From contig JANRLW010000057.1 in NCBI GenBank assembly GCA_033762295.1, positions 1-64,000 on the forward strand: DNA of 64,000 bases, read 5' to 3'. This DNA comes from Capsulimonadales bacterium. GTDB taxonomy: Bacteria > Armatimonadota > Armatimonadia > Armatimonadales > Armatimonadaceae. The stretch's first letter is position 1. Each line of letters starts with the position of its first letter. The position numbers were made by a program, and so were the translations under genes. Shown piece by piece: positions 19,140-30,209 of the stretch. Under the pieces are notes generated by a model. That model worked only from the letters and a program-made list of their open reading frames with translations. It was not told the DNA's origin and ran no database searches.

Positions 19140-19464
19140 TTCGTTCGCCTCCCATGATCGCTTCGATCATTCGCGCATACTGCCGCCATTCGGCTTCCCG
19201 ACGGGCCAGTTCCTTGCGGCCGGCTTCGGTCAGCGAGTAGACCTTCTTCGCCGGACCGGACGGTTGTATCTCCCACTTTCCCGTAATCCTCCCGTCCAGT
19301 TCCAGGGCGCGCAGGGCAGGATAGAGCGTCCCCTCCCGCAGTTTCAGCGTCTCCGCGCTCCGTCGCTCCACTTCGCGGGCGATGGCATATCCGTGAAAGG
19401 AGCCAGTCGCCAGCACCGAGAGAATGAGGAGCGGAACATCGTTCTTCGGAAGATCACGTTTCAC
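19039..19464 (-). CDS. PadR-family transcriptional regulator (probably leaderless GTG start)
   Basis: LLILSVL...HGYAI...EGTLYPALRALE..G...KKVYSLTEAG; promoter ends 6 nt before GTG. Confidence 0.9.
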   Translation of the reverse strand: MKRDLPKNDVPLLILSVLATGSFHGYAIAREVERRSAETLKLREGTLYPALRALELDGRITGKWEIQPSGPAKKVYSLTEAGRKELARREAEWRQYARMIEAIMGGERNEPAEGAVCDFDAPTGASGDVVYNFLARRLSDA

Positions 19465-19470
19465 AAACCG

Positions 19471-19499
19471 AATATACATAGATTCAGGAGGTATGTCAA
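19471..19499 (-). promoter_or_regulatory. Sigma70 promoter of padR with candidate autoregulatory palindrome
   Basis: TTGACA-N17-TATATT; ATAC-N13-GTAT in spacer/-10. Confidence 0.65.
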
Positions 19500-19554
19500 A
19501 CAAAAAGTAAAGCCGGATCGGCTTCGTGGGAAGGTCAAAGCGGGTCGGAGAGGG

Positions 19555-20451
19555 TCAGACCAGAATGGCGGCGGCGACGGCCCCGATCCAGAGCAGGAGA
19601 TTGAACTGCAGGGGACGATCCTTGCCGAGAGCGATTTCCGGGGCCTCCCCCATTCCCTTCTGGTGGATCAAATAGAGATACCGGAACAGACCGTAGAGGA
19701 CGAAAAAGGCGGTCGCCATCAGGTAGGGGTGCTGCTTACCGGTCGTTGAGAGGACGGTATAGAGCAGGTAGGTGACGAGGCAGGTGGTCGCCACCAGGGT
19801 GATCATCGGGTCGAGAAAAGCGACCGAATACTCCGCCAGGATTTTCCGTGTGGGCGTATTGCCGCCGAGGGCGACCAGTTCGGCCCGTCGTTTGTTCAGT
19901 CCGATGAACAGAGCCAGCAGGAACGCCAGCACCAGGAGCCACGGAGACGGCTCGACCGGCACGGCGCAGGCGCCGGCGACCGCTCGCAGAACAAACCCCG
20001 CCGCCACCGTCATGACATCGATCAGCACCACATGTTTCAGGGCCAGCGAGTAGGCGAGCGTCATCACGAAGTAAGCGAACGCGGTCAGAAAAAACGGGAT
20101 ACCGAGGAAGAGGTAGGCCAATGTGAGGGTCAGTGGCACCAGGACGATGACCGCGCCGATGGCCATCGGGAGGGGAAGCGCCCCGGACGCGATCGGCCGC
20201 ATTCGTTTCTTCGGGTGTTGCCGGTCCGCCTCGACGTCCTTCAGATCGTTGATCAGGTAGGTCGTTCCGGACAGCAGGCAGAACAGGACGAAGCCCAGGA
20301 CGACGCGCAGATAGGCGTCGACCGGATGGGCTTCGTTGAGCGTAAACAGGAGACCGGCAAAAAGCAGGCCGTTTTTCACCCATTGCCGCGGACGCATCGC
20401 GGCAATCAGTGAAAGCGGGGAGACGGCAACCGGAGGCTTTTCACTTACCAT
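19555..20451 (-). CDS. UbiA-family prenyltransferase (decaprenyl-phosphate phosphoribosyltransferase-like)
   Basis: MRPRQWVKN, YLINDLKDVEADRQHPKKRMRPIASG, KRRAEL; multi-TM. Confidence 0.9.
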   Translation of the reverse strand: MVSEKPPVAVSPLSLIAAMRPRQWVKNGLLFAGLLFTLNEAHPVDAYLRVVLGFVLFCLLSGTTYLINDLKDVEADRQHPKKRMRPIASGALPLPMAIGAVIVLVPLTLTLAYLFLGIPFFLTAFAYFVMTLAYSLALKHVVLIDVMTVAAGFVLRAVAGACAVPVEPSPWLLVLAFLLALFIGLNKRRAELVALGGNTPTRKILAEYSVAFLDPMITLVATTCLVTYLLYTVLSTTGKQHPYLMATAFFVLYGLFRYLYLIHQKGMGEAPEIALGKDRPLQFNLLLWIGAVAAAILV

Positions 20452-20473
20452 ACACCGTCTCTCCTTTGGACTG

Positions 20474-21481
20474 TCAGTCGGTTACGTCGGCTTCCAGAGT
20501 CGTCGAAGCGGACTTCTTCAGGCCGTCGAAATCCGAGACCGTGAGGGTGATGACATACCGCTTGATGCCGTCGTTCTCTTTATCGAGCGACTGGGGAAAG
20601 GTATGCGTGACCGCTCGGCCGGTCGCGTCCTCCTGGATACCATCGCTCGCATCAAAATCCCAGGAGTAGACCAGAGTCGTCGCTCCCCCCTCGGCGGTCG
20701 CGGAAAAAACCACCGGTTGCTGGGCGAAGATGATCTGCTCTTCCAGAGAACTGACGGAGATTTCGGTTTCGTCGGTGATGACGCGGATATCGCCGACATA
20801 GAACTGCTGGTATTTGTCGCCGAAGATAGCCAGTTCCTTCACCCGGGCGCCGTCCCCGGTCGGCACATTGCCACCGGCTTCCTTGACGATGGCAGCCAGC
20901 GGGAAGGCAAGCGGCACCCAGCGATCGGGATCGTCCGAGTCGGGCAGTTCGACCGGGCGGATCAGTTCGTACCGGGTCCCGTCCGCCATGATCAACAGGT
21001 ATCGCATCTTCTTGAACGGCGAAACCAGTTGACGGGAGTTCTGGAAGGAACTCTGGCTGAACCGATTCTGAAACGCGTCACCGCCGGAAAACTTGACCTG
21101 GAAGCGCATATAGGTCTTGTTGCTGGTGAACGCCAGTCCGAGATCGATCGGTTCCTTGAATTCCAGGCGGGCGCCCTGATACAGTCCGTGGGTCGTGACC
21201 CGGATCGAGGTGCTCCCGCCGGTGAAAACCGCGTCCCGGGTGCTCTGGGCTTCTCCGCTACCCCATCCGCCCAGCGCGACGTTGGACGTCGCGCCGGTAT
21301 CGCCACGAAACAGGGGAATGATCAGACGGCTGACATCCTGATCCTGGCGGGCGGCGTTTCCGGCCTTGCCGGCGGCGCGGGCGACCGTGCCCGTCGCAAA
21401 AAGGGCACACACCGTCCCGCCGGTCAGGAGAAGAGCGGTCAGTGCGACAATGTGTCGGATCGGATACATTCGTGGTATCAA
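20474..21481 (-). CDS. Secreted hypothetical protein with C-terminal PKD-like domain
   Basis: Signal peptide; YSWDFD...VTHTF...ITLTVSD. Confidence 0.7.
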   Translation of the reverse strand: MIPRMYPIRHIVALTALLLTGGTVCALFATGTVARAAGKAGNAARQDQDVSRLIIPLFRGDTGATSNVALGGWGSGEAQSTRDAVFTGGSTSIRVTTHGLYQGARLEFKEPIDLGLAFTSNKTYMRFQVKFSGGDAFQNRFSQSSFQNSRQLVSPFKKMRYLLIMADGTRYELIRPVELPDSDDPDRWVPLAFPLAAIVKEAGGNVPTGDGARVKELAIFGDKYQQFYVGDIRVITDETEISVSSLEEQIIFAQQPVVFSATAEGGATTLVYSWDFDASDGIQEDATGRAVTHTFPQSLDKENDGIKRYVITLTVSDFDGLKKSASTTLEADVTD

Positions 21482-21591
21482 TTCCTTTCGGCAATAGACT
21501 GCCAGGGCAGGTTGCTCCCTTTCAGTCGGCGCATTTCCTCAGCGCTCAGTATAACAGATTTGCTTCCCGCCTGTAAACTTCGAAATCGCGT

Positions 21592-22371
21592 TCAGTTCCG
21601 TCGGGTCACACGGACGATTCCCCGGGCCTCGCCCGTCGCCTCCTCCACTTCAATAACGACCCCGTTCAGAATGGCGGATCCCTCGGCGACGCGGTGTCGG
21701 TACGGCAGCTGCGTCCGAAAACGCCGCAGGCAGGTTTCCACATCCATTCCGATGACGGAGTTTTCGGGGCCGCACATTCCCACATCGGTGACGAACGCCG
21801 TTCCCCCCGGCAAAATACGCTCGTCCGCCGTCGGCACATGGGTATGCGTCCCGACCACCGCCGAGACCCGACCGGCGCAATGCCAGCCAAAAGCCTGTTT
21901 CTCCGAGGTAGTTTCGGCATGAAAGTCGAAAAACAATACCTGTGCCTGAGGTTTCAGCTGTGCGATGATCTCATCCGCCGCGCGAAACGGGTCATCGAGC
22001 GGTTCCATAAAAACGCGTCCGTTAAGATTCGCGACTCCGACCGTGATGCCGGAGGCGGTTCGAAAAAGGCCGCAGCCCCGTCCGGGGGCGCCCGGCGGAT
22101 AGTTGGCGGGCCGCAGTAACCGCGGATCGTCCGCAATCACTTCCAGACCGTCCTCCTTCGCCCAGGTATGGTTGCCCATGGTCAGCACATCCAACCCGCC
22201 GCAAAGCAGCGCCCGCGCCAGAGGCGGCGTGATCCCCCAACCGCCCGCGACATTTTCGGCATTGGCGATCGCAAGGTCGATCCCGAACTCCCGGCGTAAC
22301 TCCGGAACCAGAGCCAGGGCGGCGTCCCGCCCCGGCTTTCCCACAATATCGCCGATAAACAGAATTTTCAT
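21592..22371 (-). CDS. ymdB: YmdB/TIGR00282 metallophosphoesterase
   Basis: GDIVGKPG, NAEN, TMGNH, DFHAETTSEK, GTHTHV, TDVGMCG; follows rny. Confidence 0.93.
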   Translation of the reverse strand: MKILFIGDIVGKPGRDAALALVPELRREFGIDLAIANAENVAGGWGITPPLARALLCGGLDVLTMGNHTWAKEDGLEVIADDPRLLRPANYPPGAPGRGCGLFRTASGITVGVANLNGRVFMEPLDDPFRAADEIIAQLKPQAQVLFFDFHAETTSEKQAFGWHCAGRVSAVVGTHTHVPTADERILPGGTAFVTDVGMCGPENSVIGMDVETCLRRFRTQLPYRHRVAEGSAILNGVVIEVEEATGEARGIVRVTRRN

Positions 22372-22421
22372 CCCACCAGAACCCGGTGATTTCAGGTACG
22401 GAATTTCAGAGCACCCCGTAC

Positions 22422-23963
22422 CTATTTCGCATAATCGACCGCGCGCGTCTCCCGAATAACCGTCACCTTGATCTGGCTGGGATACTGCGAGGCCATCTCC
22501 TCCTCGATCCGCTTGGCGGCGGCGCGCGCGAGTTCCATCGCCGCCAGATCGTCGACCTCGCCCGGACGCACCATCAGGCGGATTTCCCGGCCCGCCTGTA
22601 CGGCATAGGTCTTCTCGACGCCGGGGAACGCATCTCCGATCGTCTCCAGTTTTTGCAGCCGACGGACGTAGTTCTCCAGCATTTCGCGACGCGCCCCCGG
22701 TCGGGAGGCGGAAATGGCGTCGGCAATCATGACGATGACCGCCTCCACCGTCTCCGGTTCGATATCGTTATGATGGGCGCCCGCGGCCAGAGCCGCCTCC
22801 TCCGGTTCGCCGTAACGCAGCATCAGGTCCCGACTGATCAGGGCGTGCGGTTGGTCGGAGTCATAGTACACTTTGCCCAGATCGTGCAGCAGTCCCGCGC
22901 GGCGCGCGATTTCGGCGTTGGCCCCGAGTTCCGCCGCGATCGATGCGCACAGCAACGCGACCTCGATGGAATGGGTCAGAATATTCTGACCGAAGCTCAT
23001 CCGGTAACGCATCCGTCCGAGCAGGCCGATCAGTTCCGGATGCAGTCCGGTTACCCCCGTTTCCAGCACGGCGCGCTCCCCGGCCTCGCGCATCTTCTCC
23101 TCGACCTCGTTCTGCGCCTTCTCGACCATCTCCTCGATGCGTCCGGGGTGGATGCGTCCGTCGGCTACCAGATTGCTGAGCGCCAGCCGAGCGATCTCGC
23201 GACGCACCGGATCGAACGACGAAACGACGACCGCTTCCGGAGTATCGTCAATCACGACATCCACACCGGTGAGCGTCTCGAAGGCGCGTATATTGCGGCC
23301 CTCGCGCCCGATGATCCTTCCCTTCAAATCATCGGACGGCAGGGGCACCACCGAGACGGTCGTTTCCGACGCCTGTTCGACCGCGCACCGCTGAATCGCC
23401 ATCAGCACGATGCTTCGGGCACGCCGATCCCCCTCACGCCGGGCCTCCTCCTCGATATCCCGGATCAGACGGGCGGCGTCCATCCGCGTCTCATCCTCGA
23501 CAATCCGGAGCACCTGCGTGCGGGCGTCCTCGGACGAAAGGTTGGCAATCCGTTCGAGTTCGCTGCGCTGACGCTGCAGCAGATTATTCAATTCTCCCCG
23601 CAAGCGGTCGGCTTCCACCTCCCGTACCGCCAGTATCTCCTCGCGCCGCTCCAGCAAATCGGCGCGCCGATCCAGATTCTCTTCTTTTTGCGCCAGTCTG
23701 CGCTCCTGCCGCCCGATTTCCGCGCGTTTCTCACGGATTTCCAGTTCGGCGTCGCTGAGAATGCGAAGGGATTCCTCCTTCGCGGTCAGCAACGCCTCTT
23801 TCCGACGGGCCTCCAGCTCTTTCTCGATATCCTGTCGCTTCCGCTCGAACTCCTCGTCCCGGCGACGACCATCCTCCTGTCGCTCCGAGATCATTCGGCG
23901 GTTATACAAAAAACCGGCAACGCCCAGACCGAGAAAGACGACGATGCCAGCGATTTCCACCAA
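22422..23963 (-). CDS. rny: Ribonuclease Y
   Basis: N-terminal TM, coiled coil, KH (KGRIIGREGRNIR), HD (GLLHDLGK). Confidence 0.97.
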   Translation of the reverse strand: MVEIAGIVVFLGLGVAGFLYNRRMISERQEDGRRRDEEFERKRQDIEKELEARRKEALLTAKEESLRILSDAELEIREKRAEIGRQERRLAQKEENLDRRADLLERREEILAVREVEADRLRGELNNLLQRQRSELERIANLSSEDARTQVLRIVEDETRMDAARLIRDIEEEARREGDRRARSIVLMAIQRCAVEQASETTVSVVPLPSDDLKGRIIGREGRNIRAFETLTGVDVVIDDTPEAVVVSSFDPVRREIARLALSNLVADGRIHPGRIEEMVEKAQNEVEEKMREAGERAVLETGVTGLHPELIGLLGRMRYRMSFGQNILTHSIEVALLCASIAAELGANAEIARRAGLLHDLGKVYYDSDQPHALISRDLMLRYGEPEEAALAAGAHHNDIEPETVEAVIVMIADAISASRPGARREMLENYVRRLQKLETIGDAFPGVEKTYAVQAGREIRLMVRPGEVDDLAAMELARAAAKRIEEEMASQYPSQIKVTVIRETRAVDYAK

Positions 23964-24136
23964 TAATAAAATCTGCGTATTATCCAGCTTCCCCTCACCT
24001 CCAGACTATTGTTGAAACGTCTGTTTGGCAGGCGGAGCGTTCACTTCCGGACTGGCCTGACCGCACTCGACCGGCAAATGCACGAAGAGAGAATACATTA
24101 ATGATATCGAGGCGGTAACGGTGTATTATACATGAC

Positions 24137-24844
24137 TCAATCGCCTCTTTCCTCCGCTATTTCGGAAAGGTCGTTCGCCTCGTCCTCTCCCTCCTCGTCC
24201 GCCGCGGACGATCGGTACAGGCGGCGCAAAACCGGCCGGATCGCGTCCCATCCGAACCCGCGTCGCTGCAGAAAGGCCGCCAGTTTCGCCTGTGCCTCCC
24301 GCGTCCGATCGTTCGGCCGCTCCCCGACACGACGGATCGCCACCGAGAGCGCCGTCGCCGCCTCCGTCTCCTCGTCACGGGCCTCCCGGATCGTCTCCGC
24401 CGCCGTCTCCCGGTCCACGCCCTTCAGCCGGAGTTCCTGACTCAGCAGTCGCGAGCCGCGCGTCGTCCCGCGCGAGGAGACCCAGGAGGAGGCGAACGCC
24501 GCGTCGTCCAGATAGCCGAGTTCGCTCAGACGGGCGATCACCTCGTCGATTACCGCCCCCTCGTAGCCTTTCTGCCGCAGACGGTCGGAAAGCTCCTTGC
24601 CCGACCGCGCCCGGAACGACAGCAGGCGATAGGCGGCCTCGGTCGCCTGGTGCCGTTCCTCCGCCGCGGACGCCTCCCGCAGTCGTTCCGTCGTGACCGC
24701 CTGACCCACCTTCAAATGCAATCCGGCGACCACCGCCTCTGCCAACCCGATGGCGAACTCGCCGTCGATAAAGATATTCATTCGGCCTTTATGCCGGGCC
24801 TGAGGTTCGATCGCCGTGATTCGTGAGTGTTCCGACAGGTTCAT
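24137..24844 (-). CDS. recX: Regulatory protein RecX
   Basis: LLSFRARS..EL..RL..KG, GYLDDAAFA, QELRLKGV, FLQRRGF. Confidence 0.9.
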   Translation of the reverse strand: MNLSEHSRITAIEPQARHKGRMNIFIDGEFAIGLAEAVVAGLHLKVGQAVTTERLREASAAEERHQATEAAYRLLSFRARSGKELSDRLRQKGYEGAVIDEVIARLSELGYLDDAAFASSWVSSRGTTRGSRLLSQELRLKGVDRETAAETIREARDEETEAATALSVAIRRVGERPNDRTREAQAKLAAFLQRRGFGWDAIRPVLRRLYRSSAADEEGEDEANDLSEIAEERGD

Positions 24845-25788
24845 CGTTTCGTCTCCCTCGAAACAATGTCACTCAGCGCCGCCTCCCATTCCGGAAAATC
24901 GAACCGAAAACCGGCATCCCGAAGTTTTCCCGGCACGACCCGACGGCTTTTCAACAGGAGTTCCGTCTCCGTTTGCAAAAGAAGCGCGCCGATCTCCAGC
25001 ATCCACCGGGTTGCCGGAAGGCCGATCGGCCGGCGGCAGACCCGCCGGAAAATACGCATGAACTCGGCGTTGGGGAGCGGGTTCGGGGAGGCAAGGTTCA
25101 CCGGACCGGAGAGATCGTCCCGCTCCAGCAGGAAATGTACGGCCCGGACGAAATCCCGGTCATGAATCCAGCTGACATACTGCCGACCGTTGCCGAGCGT
25201 CCCGCCCAGACCGATACGGACAATCCGCCGGAACGCCGCATGGACCCCCTCCTCGCCGGGACCGAAAACCATCGCCGAACGAAGGGCCACTTTGCGCGTG
25301 CGCGGGGTCTCCGCCGCGAACAGAGCCGCCTCCCATTTCCGGCAGACATCGACGGAGAACCCGGACCCGATTTCGCCGGTTGCCTCATCCATCGGGCGGT
25401 CCTCCGCATGTCGGTAGATAGTCGCGGAGGAGGAGTTGATCCAGACCGGAGGCGGATCGGCGCAGCGGGAGATCGCGTCGCCGAGGGCCTTCGTCGTCTT
25501 CAACCGGGATTCGTAGATCTCCTCACGGTTCTTTTCGTTGTAACGGCAGTTCACGGTTCGGCCGGCCAGATTGATGACCGCCGCCGCGCCCCGGAGCGTC
25601 GCTTCCCAGTCGCCCGGGTTCTCACCGTCCCAGCGCACGACGTCGCTGCCCGACGCACCACGCGACAGAACGATCACCCGATAGCCCAAACCGGAAAAGT
25701 ATTCGCGCAACACCCGTCCGAGAAAACCTGCGCCGCCCGGCACGACGATCGTCCCCTTCGTGCCCTTCATCCCCTTCGTCCCGTCCAT
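24841..25788 (-). CDS. TIGR01777-family NAD-dependent epimerase
   Basis: GGAGFLG, VINLAG, GRQYVSWIH, GPVNLASPNP. Confidence 0.9.
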   Translation of the reverse strand: MDGTKGMKGTKGTIVVPGGAGFLGRVLREYFSGLGYRVIVLSRGASGSDVVRWDGENPGDWEATLRGAAAVINLAGRTVNCRYNEKNREEIYESRLKTTKALGDAISRCADPPPVWINSSSATIYRHAEDRPMDEATGEIGSGFSVDVCRKWEAALFAAETPRTRKVALRSAMVFGPGEEGVHAAFRRIVRIGLGGTLGNGRQYVSWIHDRDFVRAVHFLLERDDLSGPVNLASPNPLPNAEFMRIFRRVCRRPIGLPATRWMLEIGALLLQTETELLLKSRRVVPGKLRDAGFRFDFPEWEAALSDIVSRETKR

Positions 25789-25935
25789 CCCGCCGTTTCC
25801 TTTCCGCAGGAACGTCCCCGCTCCGCAACCGGGGGCGGTAAGGAGAAAGCGGCTGTCGCTCGTGCGACCTTCGACCGGGCGACCCGGAATGACCGGGGCG
25901 AGGAAACTCCTCGCCGCGATCCCGCCCCCGTGAGG

Positions 25936-27528
25936 TTACAGTTCCACTTGACGCACGACTTCCATGCCGTCGAGAGCCGCGATCCGCGCCAGTACCTCGG
26001 CCGGGGCCGGTTCGTCCACCGACAGCGCCATGACCGCATGACCGTATTTCCCGGCGCGGCCCAGATACATTCCGGCGATGTTCACCTGCGCGTCGCCGAG
26101 GATCGTCCCGACCTTGCCGACGATTCCCGGTTTGTCGGTGTGCTGCGTGACGATATGGCAGCCTTCCGGCTTGAAGTCCACCGCGTACCCGTCGATGCCG
26201 ACGATCCGCGTGTCCGTCGTACCGAAGACCGTTCCCTCGATCACGCACGATTTGCCGCTCTGGGCGCGGGCGCGGACCGTGATCCGGTTCCGATACTCAG
26301 CGGACGCCGACTCCTCACGACGGGACTCGGTCAGGCGAATGCCGCGCTGCTGTGCCAGAGCGGGCGCGTTGACATAGTTCACCGCCGAGGCGAGGAAGGG
26401 CGAGAGTAGCCCCTTCATCAGGGCGCGGGTCAGATGCACCGTCTGGTTCTGGGCAAAATCCCCCTCGTACAGAACATCGACCGAGATCACGCCGCTGGTC
26501 GATAGCTGGCTCTGCATGGAACCGATCCGCTCCGCCAGCCGCAGATACGGCGCGGTCTGGTGCAACAGGTCGGCGGGCAGCGAGGGCATGTTGACCGCCG
26601 CGCGAGCCGGTCGTCCGGCCAACACCTCCACGATCTGCTCGGCGATATCGACTGCGACACCGACCTGCGCCTCCTCGGTGGACGCCCCGAGATGCGGGGT
26701 GGCGACGACCTTCGGATGCAGCGCCAGGGGGTTATCCGGCGCGGTCGGCTCCTGCTCCCAGACGTCGATCGCCGCACCGGCGACTTTCCCCGTTTCCAGA
26801 CCTTCGAGCAGCGCGGCTTCCTGAATGATCCCGCCGCGCGCGACGTTGATCAGTCGGACGCCGTCCCGCATCCGGGCGATCTGGACCGGCCCGATCATCC
26901 CGGTCGTCTCCTTCGTCTTCGGCACATGCACGGTGATGAAATCCGCCTGCCGATAGAGACTGTCCAGATCGACCGATTCGACTCCGAGTTGTTCGGCCTG
27001 CTCTCGGGACGCGAACGGGTCGTAGGCCAGCACTCGCATCTCCAGGCCGAGCAGACGTTTGGCGACTTCCCGACCGATCTTGCCCAGTCCGATGACTCCC
27101 GCCGTTTTGCCGTACACCTCGACCCCGACATACTTGTTGCGCTTCCACTCGCCCGCCTTCATGGAGGCCGCCGCCGCCGGAACGTTACGGGAAAGCGCGA
27201 GCAGTAGAGTGACCGTCAGTTCCGCCGCCGCAATGGTGTTGCCTTCCGGGGAGTTGACGACCAGGATACCCTTCTGTGTCGCCTTTTCGACATCGATGTT
27301 ATCGACACCGACACCCGCCCGCCCGATGATCTTCAGGTTGGAGGCCGCCTCCAGCACGTCGGCCGTCACCTTTGTCTCGGAGCGTACGGCCAGAGCGTCA
27401 TACTCGCCGATGATCGCAATCAGTTCGTCCGCGGAAAGTCCGGTACGAACATCCACCGTCAGACCCGCCCGCCGGAGGATACCGACGCCCTCCGTCGCGA
27501 CCGGATCGGAAACCAGAACCTTTGTCAT
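25936..27528 (-). CDS. serA: D-3-phosphoglycerate dehydrogenase (ASB+ACT type)
   Basis: [30 protein letters not shown]-terminal ACT (DKPGIVG). Confidence 0.97.
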   Translation of the reverse strand: MTKVLVSDPVATEGVGILRRAGLTVDVRTGLSADELIAIIGEYDALAVRSETKVTADVLEAASNLKIIGRAGVGVDNIDVEKATQKGILVVNSPEGNTIAAAELTVTLLLALSRNVPAAAASMKAGEWKRNKYVGVEVYGKTAGVIGLGKIGREVAKRLLGLEMRVLAYDPFASREQAEQLGVESVDLDSLYRQADFITVHVPKTKETTGMIGPVQIARMRDGVRLINVARGGIIQEAALLEGLETGKVAGAAIDVWEQEPTAPDNPLALHPKVVATPHLGASTEEAQVGVAVDIAEQIVEVLAGRPARAAVNMPSLPADLLHQTAPYLRLAERIGSMQSQLSTSGVISVDVLYEGDFAQNQTVHLTRALMKGLLSPFLASAVNYVNAPALAQQRGIRLTESRREESASAEYRNRITVRARAQSGKSCVIEGTVFGTTDTRIVGIDGYAVDFKPEGCHIVTQHTDKPGIVGKVGTILGDAQVNIAGMYLGRAGKYGHAVMALSVDEPAPAEVLARIAALDGMEVVRQVEL

Positions 27529-27622
27529 CCCAATCGTCCCCTTCGGCTGTCCGCCGACAAAAAGGCCGCTAACATAACGTCAGCGGCCCCCCTATTATAC
27601 CCTGCGAACGGGGCCTGACCAG

Positions 27623-29212
27623 TTACACGCGACTCGGATCGCTACGGGATAGAGCGCGTTTGATCTCATCGGCGGAGCGAAGGGCGAGCGCAATCGCCGT
27701 CAGGGTCGGATTCGAGAAGCCGCCGGTCGGGAAGACCGAGCTTCCGGCGACATAGAGATTGTCGTAGCCGTGGACACGGCACCGGGCATCGACGACGCTG
27801 GTGCGCGGGTCCGTTCCCATACGCGTCGTTCCGATGTGGTGGTAGGAGTCCTTCAACGTCCCTTCCGATCCGGAGAAATCCATCTTCGACAGGTCGAGAT
27901 CCGCAATCCCCAGACGCTGCCACTCGCCCGAAAGCGCCTGAGCGAACACCTCGATCGCCCGGTACTCCGCCCCGGTCACCTGCCAGTCGAGAACGGTACG
28001 GCGAACGCCCAGCCGATCCCGCACGTCGGACAATCGGACCCGGCTGTTCGGATTGGGTTCCTGCTCGCAACCGAAGACCAGTTGCGGCCGGACCGCCCCC
28101 TGAGAGACCGCCTGATTCAGGACGGTTCGCCGGAACACCTCCGAAACGATCCGTCCCGGCTGCCGGGCCACTCGCCCCAGGGACGGCAGGAGGCCCGCCG
28201 ACTGCGCCTGCCCCCGCAACACCGCCATGATCTGCCGCGCGGCGGCGAGCGGGTCGTTCGGGTCGGACGGATAATGGATCTCACAGACGATCCCCGTAAT
28301 CCGCTTCTCCCGCTGTAACCGTTCGCTGGCTGCCGCCTTCAGCGCGAAACGGACCCGTCCCCGCACGAAGGCGTTGAACCATCGGTCGAACTGATGCGGG
28401 TTCCGGGGATGGACGCTCTCCACGACATAGTGCGGGTGATCCTGAAAGTACCGTCCGACGACATCGTGCCGGTTGCCGATCCCGGTCTTCTCGACCGAAT
28501 CGGAAACCAGCAGCAGACGCGCCGATTCGATACCGCCACATGCGACGACGACATACCGCGCCCGGACCGTCAGGTCCCGCCCGTCCAGCGACCGCGCCCG
28601 AACCTCCCGGACCGCCGTCGCTCCCTCGTTCGCCTCCAGCGACAGGACGTTGGCGTGGGTGATGACCTCGACATTGGCCGAGGCCGCCAGTGGTTCGCGG
28701 TACTTATCTCGGAAATCCGGCGTCAGCGTGAACTGTGAGAAGAGCGGGTAAGCGATGTCCGGATCGTAGGCGGGCGGCGCATCGTCGGCGTGCGGCCAGG
28801 ACTCCCGGTCGTAGCCCAGATGCTCGACCTCCATCACGTCCTCGGCCCGACGGTAATAGTCGGTCAGGTCCTCTTTCGTGATCGGCCAGCCGCTTTCGGC
28901 CACCCAGTCCCGCTTCTCGAAATCGATCTCGGCGAGGGGGAGAGCCTGCCCGGCCCAGAGAGTCGTCGTGCCGCCCAGCACCCGCGTACGCCCGATATGG
29001 ATGCCTTCGTGCGGAATGCCGATGACCTCGCTGCGGTAAGGGTCCTGAGACTCGTCCTCATGAGCGGGACCGCCGCCCTCCAGAACGATCACCCGCGCGG
29101 ATTCGGAGAGAAACTCACGGGCGACCGCCAGTCCGAGCGCACCGCTACCAACGATGCAGACCTCGGCGTCCAGCGAAATGCCAGCCTCAAAATCGCGTAT
29201 GTCCCGAATCAT
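27623..29212 (-). CDS. GMC-family FAD-dependent oxidoreductase
   Basis: IVGSGALG, GGTTTLWAG, HHIGTTRMG, GSSVFPTGGFSNPTLT. Confidence 0.92.
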   Translation of the reverse strand: MIRDIRDFEAGISLDAEVCIVGSGALGLAVAREFLSESARVIVLEGGGPAHEDESQDPYRSEVIGIPHEGIHIGRTRVLGGTTTLWAGQALPLAEIDFEKRDWVAESGWPITKEDLTDYYRRAEDVMEVEHLGYDRESWPHADDAPPAYDPDIAYPLFSQFTLTPDFRDKYREPLAASANVEVITHANVLSLEANEGATAVREVRARSLDGRDLTVRARYVVVACGGIESARLLLVSDSVEKTGIGNRHDVVGRYFQDHPHYVVESVHPRNPHQFDRWFNAFVRGRVRFALKAAASERLQREKRITGIVCEIHYPSDPNDPLAAARQIMAVLRGQAQSAGLLPSLGRVARQPGRIVSEVFRRTVLNQAVSQGAVRPQLVFGCEQEPNPNSRVRLSDVRDRLGVRRTVLDWQVTGAEYRAIEVFAQALSGEWQRLGIADLDLSKMDFSGSEGTLKDSYHHIGTTRMGTDPRTSVVDARCRVHGYDNLYVAGSSVFPTGGFSNPTLTAIALALRSADEIKRALSRSDPSRV

Positions 29213-29222
29213 GTTGTACGAC

Positions 29223-30209
29223 CTATCTCGACTCCGACGCCCACCGCCAGTTCAGGTAGGCGTTGTACAGCGGGGTCAGTCCGCGGCGCGCCTCCATGTA
29301 TTTCAAACCGAACGCCCCCTCACGGAAACGAACGGCATCGACCACCCCTTCCTCCAGGCACTCCTCCCACGCCTTACGGGCCTCCTCCCGGTTTCCGAGA
29401 CGGTAGATCCACTCGCGGGCGAGCGCCAGAAAGGCGAAGGTCAGCAGGTGCCGTGTATGCCGGTCGTATCGTCCGCGCGCCCGGAGTTCGTTCGTTATCT
29501 TTCGCAGCAGACGCAGACGTGTTTTCAAATGGGCCGGAGTGCTATTTTGCAGGTGTATATTGTCGCTCACATTCGGGCTGCGGCGAATCAGATAATCGGC
29601 GGATTCGACTTTTTCATAACGCATCCCGAGGATGACGCTGCGTATGTGGAAGTCGTAGTCCTGCCAGCAGATCAACGACTCATCCCATTCGCCAAGTTTT
29701 TCCAGCCCGGCTCGTGTCCAGATCGGTCCCGACGTCTGCCAGGGAACATCCCGCTTCAGGAAGCGATCCAGGTCCGGTTCGTCGGTGAATCGGTTCCAGG
29801 GCTTGCCCAGGTCTCCCGGTCGTTCGGCGAACAATTCGCCCTGAAAAACCGCGTAGTCGACGTCCGGACGCGTCTCCAGCAAGGCGACCCGTCGCTCCAG
29901 GCAATGCGGCATCAGCAGGTCGTCGGAATCGAGGAAGATCACATAGCGGCCCCGCCCCTCGCGCATTCCCTGGTTGCGGCAGGCGGGCGCGCCCGCGGTC
30001 TCTCCCTGCCGGATCAGAAAGCGCACCCGGGAATCGTTCCCGTACCGGGTGCGCACCGCCTCCGCCGTATGGTCGGTCGAGCGGTCGTCCACCACCACCG
30101 CCTCCCAATCGGTCCGTGTCTGCGCCCGGAGCGATTCCAGAGTTTCCAGCAGGAGATCGGCCCGGTTGCGGGTCGGAATGGCGACCGTTACGATAGGAGC
30201 CGTACTCAT
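29223..30209 (-). CDS. Glycosyltransferase family 2
   Basis: VAIPTRNR, VDDRSTD, RNQG, FLDSDD, QDYD. Confidence 0.92.
   Translation of the reverse strand: MSTAPIVTVAIPTRNRADLLLETLESLRAQTRTDWEAVVVDDRSTDHTAEAVRTRYGNDSRVRFLIRQGETAGAPACRNQGMREGRGRYVIFLDSDDLLMPHCLERRVALLETRPDVDYAVFQGELFAERPGDLGKPWNRFTDEPDLDRFLKRDVPWQTSGPIWTRAGLEKLGEWDESLICWQDYDFHIRSVILGMRYEKVESADYLIRRSPNVSDNIHLQNSTPAHLKTRLRLLRKITNELRARGRYDRHTRHLLTFAFLALAREWIYRLGNREEARKAWEECLEEGVVDAVRFREGAFGLKYMEARRGLTPLYNAYLNWRWASESR

Noticed and set aside
23964..24136. Possible 6S RNA or leader upstream of rny
   Set aside because: No long central-bubble hairpin recognisable; gene order is recX-rny-ymdB
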